Part shown: piece by piece, positions 28,265-42,890 of the stretch
How positions within the stretch are numbered: the stretch's first letter is position 1
How the letters are laid out: every line of letters starts with the position of its first letter
From: Selaginella moellendorffii
Taxonomy: Eukaryota; Plantae; Lycopodiophyta
Assembly (NCBI RefSeq): GCF_000143415.4
Contig: NW_003314346.1
Coordinates: 62,001 to 126,000 of the forward strand
Length of the DNA stretch: 64,000 bases
Direction of reading: 5' to 3'
The notes under the pieces: model-generated
The model's database searches: none
Seen by the model: the letters and a program-made list of their open reading frames with translations, nothing else
What the model was told of the DNA's origin: nothing
Translations under genes and position numbers: made by a program

Positions 28265-29208
28265 GTTTATGTGAGTATCAAATGCCAACTCGATTTGACA
28301 AAATGCAACATAAATGCCACACTCCACCAATAGAGGTTTACGACACGCAACACCACTAACTTTTGTTCACAACACGGACAAGCTCATGCCACTCTCTTTC
28401 CGACCAAACTCAACACTAATCCAACACCAAGCTACTCAAGGAGCAATAGCAAGGTTCCCCGGAAAAGAATTGAGCATTGCAACCCAAGTCTTCCAATAGC
28501 AAGCTTAGACAAAATGGTTAGCATTTCACCACTATCCATCCCACAACTCACCATTGTAAGACCACCATCTCCAACATGCGTCAAGATAGGGACTCTTGAT
28601 TGCATGATGTGAACACAAACAATGAGTTAACACCTCGTTGCAAATCATCTCTCCAAGAAGAGAAAATGATTTACGTATTTGATCCTTCGTCCCTGATGAC
28701 TCTCTTTTCGGTCTCATCTTTGACCAAACCTCAAGCTTGCTTTCGCACTGCCTTCAGTTCAATCCAAGAAAAGTTTATGAGAGAGCACGGCCATGATTAC
28801 TTGAACCAATAGACTAATCCCTATAGTCTTGATTGATCCACTTATAATCACGCCTAGGAAGGATCCACTAGTGCCGTGCTAAACAGCTACGGACCAGCCT
28901 ATTTGCCACTCATAGCAAACCCAGGGAGGTTTGCTTTCACCCATGGTACATGGAACAACTCATGGAACCAACGATAGGCTAACATTAATCCTGCCAACTC
29001 AAAGTGTAACCTCGAGTTGCTAATGTGCCTCACTCACGAACTCAAGCTCAAACTCGTGTAAACGGAACATCTCCAAACCATCCTATGAGCCCAAGCGCAA
29101 GCTCACATCATAAGGTACAACAAGGTAACAATATCCATACCCAAGGAACCAATTGCGAAGCCTTTGCACCCAAACGTGTACCCACTCGGATCATCGTTTT
29201 CATCTCTG
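28265..29208 (-). mobile_element. Family A internal fragment
   Basis: Matches ~12895-13835. Confidence 0.85.
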
Positions 29209-29211
29209 AGT

Positions 29212-29718
29212 TGGTATCGGAGCAAATGGCACGGGTTCGATTCCCATTGATTAGTGGCTACTTAAAAAGTATAATATACCCTTGAGCAAGGTATATTCCT
29301 ACCCCTAAATTTGAAATCGTACGTATTGGGCATCCATGCGTACGTCCTTCCTCTTGTGTGGAGTATCCACGGACGAAGGTATCCACCGTGGGACTGCGGT
29401 ACGGGTGGATGACTAGTTGCCTCACATGGAATAGCTGGTCTACACAATGGAAGGATTGGTAGATTGAGTGTGGAAATGGAGGTGCTGGTTCCCCTTGGCT
29501 CAGTAGGGGTTGTTAGTCAATAGTCAATGAGGACATTGACATCTCTGAAGGGGGGGTGAGTGTAGCGCATGTGATCATGGGATGAGATTTGGATATACTG
29601 TCACCGTGGATCCTTGGAACCTTGGGAGATAAATGGGGATAAAATAGCCACTAAGGGCTCTCGCATCAAGCAATTGCCCCTTTTCCAGTTGGCTTAAGGG
29701 GAGAGAGAGCCCCTTACA
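29212..29718 (+). mobile_element. TRIM-like element lacking its 5' LTR (PBS, ~350 bp internal region, PPT, 158-bp LTR)
   Basis: PBS TGGTATCGGAGC at 29212; PPT GAAGGGGGGGTGAG; LTR TGTAGCGCATGTGA...CCCCTTACA at 29561-29718. Family A internal sequence resumes immediately after it. Confidence 0.7.
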
Positions 29719-32700
29719 ATTCCTCATCACTTGAAATAACAATGCCACTTCCACTAACACAAGTGCTAGCAATGTTAATGCCTCAACTACACATCTTCTC
29801 CATCCAACAATCTACTCCAAGTGCTAACGGATCAACCGACAAGCTATAGCAAATGAATGCTACAACCCTTTTCCAACACCTAATGGGCAAACTCAAGGAA
29901 ACAAGGTACCAACTTAAGCTTAGCATAATGGACCACTATAGAGAATCCAGTCAAAGCTACTACAAATACCAAATGTAGCGCACGTGGTTTTGACCCTTTA
30001 TCCTATGGTGATTTACCATAGGATAACACCACGAAGCGGAACCTAAACCCTCTTTGTGCCACGTGACAGATGCCATGTGTCACATGCCACGTGTCCATGC
30101 CACGTGTCCACAGGAACCCAAGGTTCAGGGCCTTGAGCCACTGAACAAACGAACGGTGCCAAACTCCCAAGCGTGACGCCAAGGAGTGATGGAACCGGAC
30201 CACGGAGCAACTCCTGAGCATATAGCCCAAGGAGCGAAGGGACAACAGCCCGAAGCGACTTGGAACAGTCCTGGAGCAACCAGCATACCAATGCCAGGAC
30301 CAGCACGCAAAACGGAGCCAAACGGAGTCTGGCGCTATTTCGGCATACCGGTGGCCTAACGTGAGGATATGGGTACTCCACCAGCTAGCATGGAATGGAA
30401 CTTGGGCTTAGACCCAAGCCGGACGCAGAACAAGGACAGGCATGCAAGCGGGAGCTAGACTATGCCTCAGGTTGGTCGGCCATGCCCGACCTACCCACTA
30501 TCCCTACTATACATTTGGAACCCCCCATAGCCCCCCCCCATTGAGGAACACACGCTTTGGGCTTTCACCCCAAGCTTCCCTTAGTATCAGGAGTTAGTCT
30601 CTGGGACAAACTCAAAACTTATTAAATATGGAATGTCCTTAGATTGCGAATTTGGACACAAGACGAACACCATTGTGTTCAGGCCGATCTCTACATTCCG
30701 TAGATATGCCAAATGAGCAAATCTGGACACTTTCCATAAATAGCATTTGGGACCGAAAGGAGACTAACACAAAGGGCATGATAGCGAGGGTGTTTGGCAG
30801 ACACGGTAAGCTATCATGTAGCGATATTGAGGGACCAATCTCAATACGCGAGGGTTCTTGTCAAGCCAGTGCAAGACAGAGCAAAAGAGAACTAAAAAGC
30901 CAGGCCAAGTATGCTTGGCTGAATAGACACTTAGGAATTCCGTCCTTATGCTCATCCGGCCAAGTACAGATGCAAAGTCCAGTTTACTAACACTTGAACA
31001 AGAGGGGCTGATAAAGGGTCCAGCAATACCGACCTCCTACCATCGTGGCAGTAAGGTAAGAGTGTCCGTAAGGACTGGTCGACAGGTAACTTTCGATACC
31101 CGAAGTCACATGCGCGACACTCTCCCCCCCTAGGGAAGATCGACGTCCTCGTCGATGCATACTCCAGTCTAGAATACCGCCAAGGAAACAACTCCATAAA
31201 AAGTTCACGGTACTCACACTATGTGAGAAATGCACCAACTTAAATGAGTTAAGGGGGTAACCTCTTTGTCTAACGCGGATGCGCTACCAGCTCAGACACC
31301 TCCCGGCCGTCGCCGACAAGGAAATGACCAACGGAGTTAGCCACCCTTGCTGCTCTGGGCGTCACCCAGCTACAAAAGTGTGATATGCCCTGCCCGCAGG
31401 AACATAGAGAGAGAAGCCAGAGGCCCCAACCCTCCTGAGCAAAGAAACCAAACCCGTCGGTAAGGTTTAGATAGACTACTGTCAACAGGCAGTTAGAGTT
31501 GTTTACACGGTCACGCCCTTTCAACGTAACAAGGAACATCGACAGAGAGGCGGGTTATGTGACAAGTCGACAGTAGCTACCCCATGACTAGAGATTTCAC
31601 CATGCACACGAAGTGCCGAAGCCAGTCTGCCTATACTGGCCCAAACTCAAAGATCAATGGATGGACAATATCAAAGTCAGAGACAATGATATCTGAGAAG
31701 CTTAATTACTAGTGATTATATCTTAGAGTAGAACACAAAAGTATTCTAAGCAAGTTATCATCCGATAAACCAGTAGTATTGTAGATAGGAACCACCAACA
31801 GATTATCATAATTTGGCAAACACAGGAATGACCATCCAACAAAATTCAATAGCTAGTATATCATTAAGGAAACTCAATGATGAAACTTAACTATCGAAGA
31901 TAGTAGACAGTAAGCCAACAACTTACTAGAGAGAACTCAAAGAACACAAAGTATCATTGACTAACAAGCACAATGCTCGCGAATGTATCACCTAAAGGAA
32001 ATAACATCCAAATCTATCAAAACTAACTCGAGCAACAATCAACAGAAGAAAATGAATGTGGTAAGACCAACAAACACTCATTCCTGCCAACTATCACAAA
32101 AGCCAATCTGAATAGATCCCAGCCAACAATACCAAGGAACTCAAGTTGCCTAAGCAAGTGTCAGCAACATCCTACTGACGTCTCAAACCCAAGAGACCAA
32201 TCCAGGCAAACCACAAAGAATATGTGGTATTGCGAAAAGGCATAAGCTATCAAAGAGAACAACTAACCATCATGAAAGATCATCAATCATTCCATCAATA
32301 AAGAGATGCATAATCATCGTTTAAGAAGGAATCCACCATCCCGAAGAACGGCAAACCATTCTATACCAACAATAATCAAGCAAAACTTTTCGACATGGAT
32401 AATCAATTATCCTAGATGATAGTCAATCATCACCAATGATTGCTAGATGCAAATACTAACTTCAACATCAAAGCTAAAGAGCCAAAAAAATGCCTTCCCC
32501 AACAACTTTTAACAAATGGAACAATGAGCATAAAACTCAAAGAACCAAAGCTCGAAGAAGCCTATAGCTAAGTCTTGCTTAATAATGATCACGAGTCTCA
32601 TAGAAGCTAACTTCAATGCTAAAGAAGAAATTATGGTGCAACCCACAATGTCTTCTTCAACACATTCATAAGCCAAACTTCATAATGCCAAAGCTAATGA

Positions 32701-35700
32701 AGAGCATTTCTGCATCAATCCAAAAGCTAAGCACAATGGAGCTATGCTCAACAAGTGATCACTAAATGATCCTCCATGAATCCATCTATAGCAAGACGTA
32801 ACTCACTTCATAACAAGCACAAGAAAAATCATTAATGATTGATATATCTCAATTGAAATCCAAGAAGGATTTAATCACTTCAATGCCAATCATTAACTCT
32901 TCCTCTCATAGAGGTAGCATTGTCCACGACTAAATCACCTTTCAAGGAAAAGCTAAAGCTCAATCCTCTACTAAATAATCTCGTCTAGAACACTACTAAC
33001 TCAACTTGCCACTCAGTTTGTTTGAACGTCAACACAGTTGCTAACTAGCAAATGCACGAATGCCAACAACATAAATCTATAGCCAAATCATCAACACTAT
33101 ATTCATCAAGACTAATGAAACTCAATATCAATCCTTAGAAGGATAGCTCATTTCACTCAAGTCTCAATATCAACAATGTCAACGACAAAGCATCACTTCA
33201 ATGCCATCAACATCAGGACAAAGCTAGAAGAAAGCAAGAGTGAATCACCACTCGGAGCTTTCCAGCAACCAAGCTAACCAAAGTCGAAGATACTATACTT
33301 AGTATCCGAGACCAATCCGTTAGCAAAACTCAGTGACAGATAACACATCATCAAGGAGTGAATCACCACATCCAAGACTCAATGAAATCCAACACTATAG
33401 ACCAAATGTAACCAAATGATATCGACAAAGGAATTGACATGCCACCATGGAAAAACCATGTCAGCCTAATGACACGATCCTCCGCAACACCATCCAGTAA
33501 AGCAAGCCCATCACTGCTAAATCATCATCGAGCAAAGCAAGTATCAACAGTCTTTTTGACAAAGTCTACAAGTAATCACTAGTCGCAAAGCAACTAACAA
33601 TCACCCCTCAACTTGCCTTCACAAGACCCAAACACCAACTTTTGTCATCAAGTTATATACTTATCTAGCATAAACATAATACCTCAAACATGAGATAAAA
33701 GTTCATGGACAAGCACAAACTAAATGACCACTCGAATCCAACTCAACCGCAATAAGCTCACCAATGCATTTAGTCAATAGCTCTGAGCATGCCTTGAAGA
33801 GGCTAGCTATGTGATCAACACTCAGTCGAAACTAAAGTGAAGACCATGAGATGGACTCATATCGGTACACAACCTCCTCATAGACAAAGCTATAGTACGG
33901 GTACCAACATCTCAGCTTGCAAACAACTAAGTTGGACATCACCATCCTCAGCCAAGGCGTAGGGCCACTAAGACCAAATCAAGATCAGTGAGAGCTCACT
34001 ACTCTCATAGAGTCTAACGTAATGCAAGGTGCAACCTGCCACGAAGCATAACGCTACAAAAGAAAGGTACAAGGGTCACCTTTCTGAGAAAAGTGCAACA
34101 ACCACTTTTCTACACCAACTCCAGACTCTATCCAACTCAATTGCCTTAGCCCCAAAAGTTAGCATCCCTTTCAGGCTGCATCATACAAACTATCTACTAA
34201 GGTTTAAGCCAACCGAAGCCAACTCCAACCCCTTCAACAGTTTGTACTGGCTTTCGAAAATGGAATGGTTTTCGAGCAAAGTGATCAATAGATCAGCCAT
34301 TGGAAAAGTCTAAGAAAATTTATGGAAAATTTTCCATCCTAGGGAAAGAATAACTCTCAGTCCAGGAATGCAAACTTTCAAGACTCAACCAACTTCCTCA
34401 ACTTCCTCAACTTCCTTCAAGACTCAACCAACCGGTTCACCTCAACAAAAATTCTCATGATCCAAGAATATGCTTAAACATCGAACATCTTTGCCCATCT
34501 AACTGATATCCAACACCGACATCCGCAAACTGCAAAATGAACATCCAAGGCTTGATCACTAAGACCACATCTTCGGATATCCACATTGCACTAACACTCT
34601 TCTTCAATCACCTTCAAGATCCAATGTGAAGCCAAAACACTAACAAGATAAATGACATGAAAAATCAAGGTCCAAGGAAAATTCCTCATCACTTGAAATA
34701 ACAATGCCATTTCTATTAACACAAGTGCTAGTGATGTCAATGCCCCAACTACACACCTTCTCCATCCAATAATTTATTCCAAGTGCTAACGGATCAATAG
34801 ATGAGCTATAGCAAATGAATGCTACAACCCATTCCCAACACCTTATGGGCAAACCCTCAAGGAAACAAGGTACCAACATAAGCTTAGCATAATGGACCAC
34901 CATTGAGAATCCAGTCAAGGCTACTACAATGCTACTTCGTGCAAGTAGACTAGCTTCTCCATCAACCACTTTGGGGTTGATCATCATTTACCCAAGCAAC
35001 TTTGTAAACACATTGCTCATTATCACATGGATATGATATAAATCACAATGACTTGATCATCAATTGAGTAACGCAATGAGCAAGGCTTATGTCATTACTT
35101 CAAACGTTCATGTGAATATCAAATGCCAACTCGATTCGACAAAATGCAACATAAATGCCACACTCCACCAATAGAGGTTTACGACACCCAACACCACTAA
35201 CTTTTGTTCACAACACGGACAAGCTCATGCCACTCTCTTTCTGACCAAACTCAACACTAATCCAACACCAAGCTACTCAAGGAGCAATAGTAAGGTTCCC
35301 TAGAAAAGAATTGAGCATTGCAACCCAAGTCTTCCAATAGCAAGCTTTAGACAAAATGGTTTAACGTTTCACCGCTATCCATCCCACAACTCACCATTGT
35401 AAGACCACCATCTCCAACATGCATCAAGATAGGGACTCTTGATTGCATAATGTGAACACGAGCAATGAGTCACACCTCATTGCAAATCATTTCTCCAAGA
35501 AGAGAACATGATTTACGTTTTTGATCCTCCGTCCCCGATGCCTCTCTTTTCGGTCTCATCTTTGACCAAACCTCAAGCTTGCTTTCGCACTGCCTTCAGT
35601 TCAATCGAAGAAAAGTTTATAAGAGAGCACAGCCATGACTATTTGAACCAATAGACTAATCCCTTATAGTCTTGATTGATCCACTTATAATCATGCCTAG

Positions 35701-36991
35701 GAAGGATCCACTAGTGCCGTGCTAAACAGCTACGGACTAGCCTATTTGCTACTCATAGCAAACCCTCTTATGAGCCCAAGAGCAAGCTTATATAATACGG
35801 TACAAAATGGTAACCAAAACCATACCCAAGGAACAATTGCGAAGCCTTTGCACCCAAACGTGTACCCACTCGGATCATCGTTTTCATCTCTGCGTATGCT
35901 ATGAGACTAGTTGCCCAATCTCATTGGATAGTATCGCTGAGACGTATCCTCTGATACCAAATGTAGCGCACGTGGTTTTGACCCTTTTGTAAGCGACTAA
36001 ATTTTCCATTCTACTTTAGTCACTTAACCACACCTCCGACCACTTGGAGGAGTCCCATTCACAACCTCCATCAGTCCAATTCAGGACTTGGGACTTGCTA
36101 GCCCCAAGAATGGCATCCATGCCACTCCACACTTGCACCTGGTCCAAGTGCTCCACGTGTCCGGTCCTGAGACCGACACCCAAAGGTACCACTAACATCT
36201 CGGCCCGTTACGCTAAGGCCATGGCCATTCACCTTTGCTGCACTAGTGGTTCAACACCACTTGCATCACCACCCCGTCTCTCCAAGACTGGGCCATGTGT
36301 CCACGAGTGGTCATCCTAGATCCACTCCTTAGCATCCTTAGGATGCCCACAGACCTGGGGAATCGCCTTCCCCAAAGTCCCTTTGTCAATTCCTACCAAG
36401 TCCCTTTTTGCCCCTGGCCGTGTTTGCCAACACTGCCACTGGATCGAGGCCCACAGGCCCGACCACTAAGTCCCATGGTCCTCTGGGACTTCCTCACCAC
36501 ACGACTGTGTCCTTGGTCACTACCCCAGAGGACTGCTCCTCTTCCTTTCCACAGTCTAGGCCTTTGGGACAACATTTCGGAACACCGTGGCCTTACGCGA
36601 GCCACCTGGGTACTCTCCCCGCCTTTCGCCTTTAGGTGCTCTAGCCATGGGCTTAGAGCGAGGTTCCATTGAGCCACACCTGGTATCCAAGTAGGTAGTG
36701 CCACCCACACTTGGACTGGGAGCATCGGCCAGTCGATCTCCCGGGGGAACTAGAGCCGGCTCTTGAACACTTCACCAAGCTACTTCACTTGTCGGTCTGT
36801 GTTCACTCTAGTCTTGGACTTCCCAGTGGGCAGCTCATCACCCAACACTGGGTCTGGCCTTCCTGGGCCAAACTGGCCTTTCCTGGCCAAACTGGCTCCA
36901 CTGCAGTCCTCCCCCCTACTATACTTTTGGGGCTCACCAAACCCCCCAGGGTCTGGGAGACGAACGCTTTGGGCTTTCACCCTCTCAGGCT

Positions 36992-37580
36992 CCGGACTCG
37001 GACTCGGACTCGGACTCGGACTCGGACTCGGATTCGGACTCGGACTCGGGCTCGGGCTCGGTCTCGGCCTCGGCCTCGGTCTCGGTCTCGGTCCCGATCT
37101 CGGTCTCGGTCTCGGTCCCGGTCTCGGTCCCGGTCTCGGTCTCGACTTCGGACTCCATCTCGGGTCCATCTCGGGTCCATCTCGGACTCCATCTCGGACT
37201 CCATCTCGGGTCCATCTCGGACTCCATCTCGGACTCCATCTCGGGTCCATCTCGGACTCCATCTCGGACTCCATCTCGGGTCCATCTCGGACTCCATCTC
37301 GGACTCCATCTCGGGTCCATCTCGGGCCCCTCTCGGACTCCATCTCGGACTCCATCTCGGGTCCATCTCGGGTCCACCTCGGACTCCATCTCGGACTCCA
37401 TCTCGGACTCCACTTCGGACTCCAACTCGGGTCCATCTCGGACTCCACTTCGGACTCCACTTCGGACTCCAACTCGGGTCCATCTCGGACTCCACTTCGG
37501 ACTCCAACTCGGGTCCATCTCGGACTCCACTTCGGACTCCAACTCGAGTCCATCTCGGACTCCAACTCGAGTCCATTTCG
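36992..37580. repeat. Minisatellite in family B LTR: (GGACTC/GGTCTC)n, then 11-12 bp CCATCTCGGACT/CCATCTCGGGT units
   Basis: Directly visible. Confidence 0.95.
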
Positions 37581-40500
37581 GACACTCCCACGTGTCATGT
37601 GTTGGTCCTTTTGGGTCCCTTTTTGGAGCCTCGCCTTTTGCTCGCTTCGTGCTCGTTCCTCGAGCACTTTGTTGGGAGTTCCACTCCCGCTCTTGACTTT
37701 TCAAGTCGGAGCTTTTGGTCCAAACGTGTTACGCTCGTTTGGCTCTCGCTTCGGCCACTCCCATGTGGCGCCCTTCCGGCTCCACTTTGGGGCCTAGGGA
37801 TTTTGTGTCTCACAACTCCACCACCCATAGACGAAGTTCGATGTCCTCATCGAACGGTAAACCCTTTCATAAAGTAACACCCACACGTGTTACCATTTCC
37901 ATCCTTGGCACCTAGCCAATCTTTGTCTATGGTTTGACATCAAAGGCTCACCATGCCTTGTCCATCCTTTAAGGGGCGTAGTCTCTCCAACTTAGAGACT
38001 GATTGGACCACATGTAATGGTTCTCCCCTTTTATTGGTTTAGTTCTCGCTAAACCTCTTAGAGACCCTTCTCTAAGTCAATCCCACTACTCCTTCTCGAG
38101 TAGTCTCAATTTCCATCTATTGAATGTTTGCACCTTGGAACTTTTACTCTTTTGACTTTTTGGAAGTCAATTTTCTAGGTGTCTCCAAAACCTTGCATTG
38201 CACAGATTGTGCAACTCCACTTCCCTATCCTAGGAAGTTCATTACTTGAGGGCACCATCATCCTCTCTTCTATTTCGTGCCACCTTGGGCAAAGTTCCAT
38301 TTATCATACTTTGTGCTAGGGCTGTCCATGGCCCCATCATTTGGCTACCTTACCGCTCCCTCACTTGGAGCCTCCACTTTCGCCAACTTGGAGCATTTCG
38401 GAATCCCTCCTTGGAAACACACTTCCTTTCCCGCAACTTGTTAGCGTCCAACACATTAGTGTTCCTCGCCTAACTTTGTCACTTGGATTCCTTCCAAGAG
38501 ATTCCACGGCCCTATCTTGGCCACTCATCTTTTGCTCCTATCCGTTGATTGTTGCACCAAGCAACATCGAATCTCTACCTCCCTCCTTGAGGTATTGTTT
38601 CGGTTCCATAGCAAAGACTCTTCTTTGCCAAGTCCGGAGGACGTTCACCCCTAGTACGTCTCTTTAGCATCTTCTGCTATGGGCTCTATCCACGGCCCAA
38701 CTTCGTGACCCTCCCATGGGTCTTTTATAGAGACTACTTTCCTCGGACTCACTATGCCATCGCACGGACATAGTTTATTTCCCTTAGGTGCTCTTCCCAC
38801 TTGGTTATCACGACCAAGCCACACCACCTTAAACAGTTCAATTTCAACATTTTGAACCAGGAACTTCATTCCTTAGCCAAACAAGGACCTTGTCCTTATC
38901 TGGCCATAAGATCACCTAGTGATCTCACCTTGGCACCTTAACAGAGTTGCCAAGAGGTACTTGGTTTTCTAGACCTCCAAGTTGTTGACTATAACCCCGG
39001 GGGCATCCCCCACACTTGGCGGTGCACCCAAGCCAGCCCTTACGGCCAAGGGTTCATAGCAACTGAGATTAGGTGTCCCCATCTCACTCACCACGACCTC
39101 GGTGCCACTTGCACCAAAGCGTTCAAGTTAGATATGCTGAGCTTTCACACTAAGCAATCTAACCGTGCATCACGACTCCGAGGCATCCCTCGCTTGGCGG
39201 TGTGCCCAAACCAGTCTCCCCACTGAGAGTCCATGACCACCGAAATATGAGTGTCCTCATATTCCAAACCATCACCACGCCCTAGTGATTTGGGACTCGA
39301 ACCCAAGCACTAGAGGGTCGGGACTCGAACCCAACCTCCGTATATGCATCTACGGACGGCATCACACTAGATGCCTGGCGTGACTCCCCACGCCGGTGCA
39401 CCAACCTATTTTTAAAGCGCGCTACAGATCACAGCTTAGGAACCTAGTTCCTCCACACTGCCAAGTCCTCTCACTTGACATGTCTGTGATTATGCATGGA
39501 CTCCTCCATGCTCGGCCCCATGGCCCACCCTTTTTGAAGTTATCACCTTCAACTAGGGTCTTTGTTCCCCCGACGTGCCAATCTCACTTGGCAAGTTCTC
39601 CGACCATTGTAACATGGTTCCTGCATAAGCGTGAAAGTCCTTGACCATCGACTTTCGTTCAAAGCCCTCTCTTTGAACACTCGGGAACTACTTCCCTAAC
39701 CTTGATAACCTTGCCTCATGGCAAGCTTCAAGACCACGCTTCTGCTGCGCCACTCTGATTTCGCGCGTTCCATGAACCATTTACACTTGGCCTTTCTAGG
39801 TACTACGCTACCTAGAATAGTCTTTGGGAACCTTGAAGGAACTCTATCCCTCAGCTTGCTAAGGCCTCCCTTTTTGCAAGCCTTCCAAATGCCATATAGT
39901 CTAACATGGACAATTCCATATTTTAGACTCTCCATGGCATCACGGTTGCTAGCGGCAACACCCTTGAGCCCCCACTTGATTTTCCACTCCCAGCTGGCAT
40001 AACCAACCTTGGTTATGCCCTTTGATTCCTACGGTTCGGTTCTATCCCCTTACTTCTTGCTTTTTGGCTTCACACCTTTCCTTTGGTCATTCTCCTCTAG
40101 ACCGGGAGGATAGCTTTACACTTTCTATCTTGCTTTAGCAAGTATTCTTAGGGATGAACCTACCCAATAGCCTAGGGAGTGGTTCCTCAATCCGGGTATG
40201 CTCACCTTATAATCCCACACACTGGGATTACATTGTTGCTTATGGGCCTTTACATGCCCATCACTAGCATTGCCAAAATTCCATTTTTGGCTTTGTCCAA
40301 CTCGGGTAGACAGTCCTCTCCTGTCTCCGCAACCTTGGACATTTGGATAGCACCTTCTATCCATCATTCGCTAGGGACTTAGTCCCTTGGGCTTTCTCCA
40401 TTGCCCTCGCGACATCAAACACCACCTTCTGGTGTTCTAGAGTGTTCAGGTGTCCCAATGATGGCTTTCTTGACAATGAGTATTTCCTTTTATGACATTG

Positions 40501-42890
40501 ACTTACTATATCGCAACACAAGCAACTTATCCCCCGTAAGGGTATATCCAACTTCCTTATACTATTAAGAAGTCTTGGGTAGCTACCTTCTACCCATTTA
40601 ACCAGTTATTTTGCACCTCTTGCTTAATTGCCTCATAGTTGTCAAGTCCTACAACTCATTGCTTGGTGCTTTCACACCTCCATCATTATCTGGGTCACCA
40701 CACTCCAACTGCATGCTCTGCAACTTAGGCTATGCTATTCCCATTTCCATTGGGATTCCTTTGGCAAGGGGTTCTCATGAACCCACCAACATAGCCTCAA
40801 GGTATCACACCTTGGCACATTTGGTGTCTCCACACCATCGGCTCCACGAGCCTACCTCTATGACATTTCCCTTCGTGTCTAAGTCTTTGCCAAGACCAAC
40901 ACCGCTCTTTCTCATGCCAACCATCCGTTAGCACTGCACCATAAAGGTCACACACAACTTTGTTTCAAAGTTGTTTTCTTTTGGGAACACCTTTCCCATA
41001 ACTTTCGCATGGCACATTTTGCCATCGATGAGATACCCTCTGTCCTCATCCTTGGATCCTATGATCCCCCCCCATCCTTTGTGGGGTACAACACACCTCA
41101 GTCCAAATGCTTCCATCAGTCCTTTTAGGACCATCCGTTGACTCTACTTGAGTCATCCAGCAGTTTTGGACTTGGTCAATCCACAGACTCGTAAGGTCCT
41201 ACTTGTGAGGCACTAGCTCACTGGAATACACTTCTTGCATTCTTGTCCTACTCAAAAGGACTATTTTCACAAGTGTTACTCCGACACTTGATTTTTTTTT
41301 TTTTTTTCTGGGGGCAACCTTTGCCCCTTAGGACTACTTGTCCATGTGATGAGAATACCAACTCATCCACTCAATACACCCCCAACTCCTTGGGTTGTTC
41401 CAGCATTTATTAGAGGTAGCCCTGGCTACCATTTCAAGGACTTGAGTCCTCTTCCGTATTTGACCTTCCACGGTCATTACCTTTGGTCTCACATTCATGA
41501 GCACCAACCTCAACTATATGAGGATAATCTTGTGACTCCTTTATTGTTTTGGAGTCTTTATCTTTCCCGTGATCCCAACTTTAGTTGTTTACCACAACAA
41601 CCTTAGCCAATTTGCTGAGACAAATGCTCATCCGGATCACATCCTCAACTCAATGAGGAAAACCTTGCACTGTTCCCAAGATCCCAAAGTCGTTCCACTA
41701 TTGGCCCTTTTCTATCCACCACCTCGTCTACAAGTTCACTCATGAACTGTAATGGAGAGCCATGTCTTCCCGACTTGCTACTCCTCAAGGATAGGCCCAC
41801 TCGTCGGACCTTCCGATGCCAACACTAGTGGTGATATACTTGAGCACCAATAAAAGTCGGACTAAGGAACAGCTCCGATACCAAGTTGTAAGCGACTAAA
41901 TTTTCCATTCTACTTTAGTCACTTAACCACACCTCCGACCACTTGGAGGAGTCCCATTCACAACCTCCATCAGTCCAATTCAGGACTTGGGACTTGCTAG
42001 CCCCAAGAATGGCATCCATGCCACTCCACACTTGCACCTGGTCCAAGTGCTCCACGTGTCCGGTCCTGAGACCGACACCCAAAGGTACCACTAACATCTC
42101 GGCCCGTTACGCTAAGGCCATGGCCATTCACCTTTGCTGCACTAGTGGTTCAACACCACTTGCATCACCACCCCGTCTCTCCAAGACTGGGCCATGTGTC
42201 CACGAGTGGTCATCCTAGATCCACTCCTTAGCATCCTTAGGATGCCCACAGACCTGGGGAATCGCCTTCCCCAAAGTCCCTTTGTCAATTCCTACCAAGT
42301 CCCTTTTTGCCCCTGGCCGTGTTTGCCAACACTGCCACTGGATTGAGGCCCACAGGCCCGACCACTAAGTCCCATGGTCCTCTGGGACTTCCTCACCACA
42401 CGACTGTGTCCTTGGTCACTACCCCAGAGGACTGCTCCTCTTCCTTTCCACAGTCTAGGCCTTTGGGACAACATTTCGGAACACCGTGGCCTTACGCGAG
42501 CCACCTGGGTACTCTCCCCGCCTTTCGCCTTTAGGTGCTCTAGCCATGGGCTTAGAGCGAGGTTCCATTGAGCCACACCTGGTATCCAAGTAGGTAGTGC
42601 CACCCACACTTGGACTGGGAGCATCGGCCAGTCGATCTCCCGGGGGAACTAGAGCCGGCTCTTGAACACTTCACCAAGCTACTTCACTTGTCGGTCTGTG
42701 TTCACTCTAGTCTTGGACTTCCCAGTGGGCAGCTCATCACCCAACACTGGGTCTGGCCTTCCTGGGCCAAACTGGCCTTTCCTGGCCAAACTGGCTCCAC
42801 TGCAGTCCTCCCCCCTACTATACTTTTGGGGCTCACCAAACCCCCCAGGGTCTGGGAGACGAACGCTTTGGGCTTTCACCCTCTCAGGCT

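Noticed and set aside
36992-37580. CRISPR-like array
   Set aside because: No unique spacers; a simple tandem repeat in eukaryotic DNA.
36711-37877. Long RS/GL/SPRW-rich ORFs (also 42610-43779)
   Set aside because: Open in most frames because the minisatellite lacks stop codons; they lie inside LTRs.
38651-41134. Possible decayed pol remnants in the family B interior
   Set aside because: Only vague resemblance by eye; no recognisable motif.
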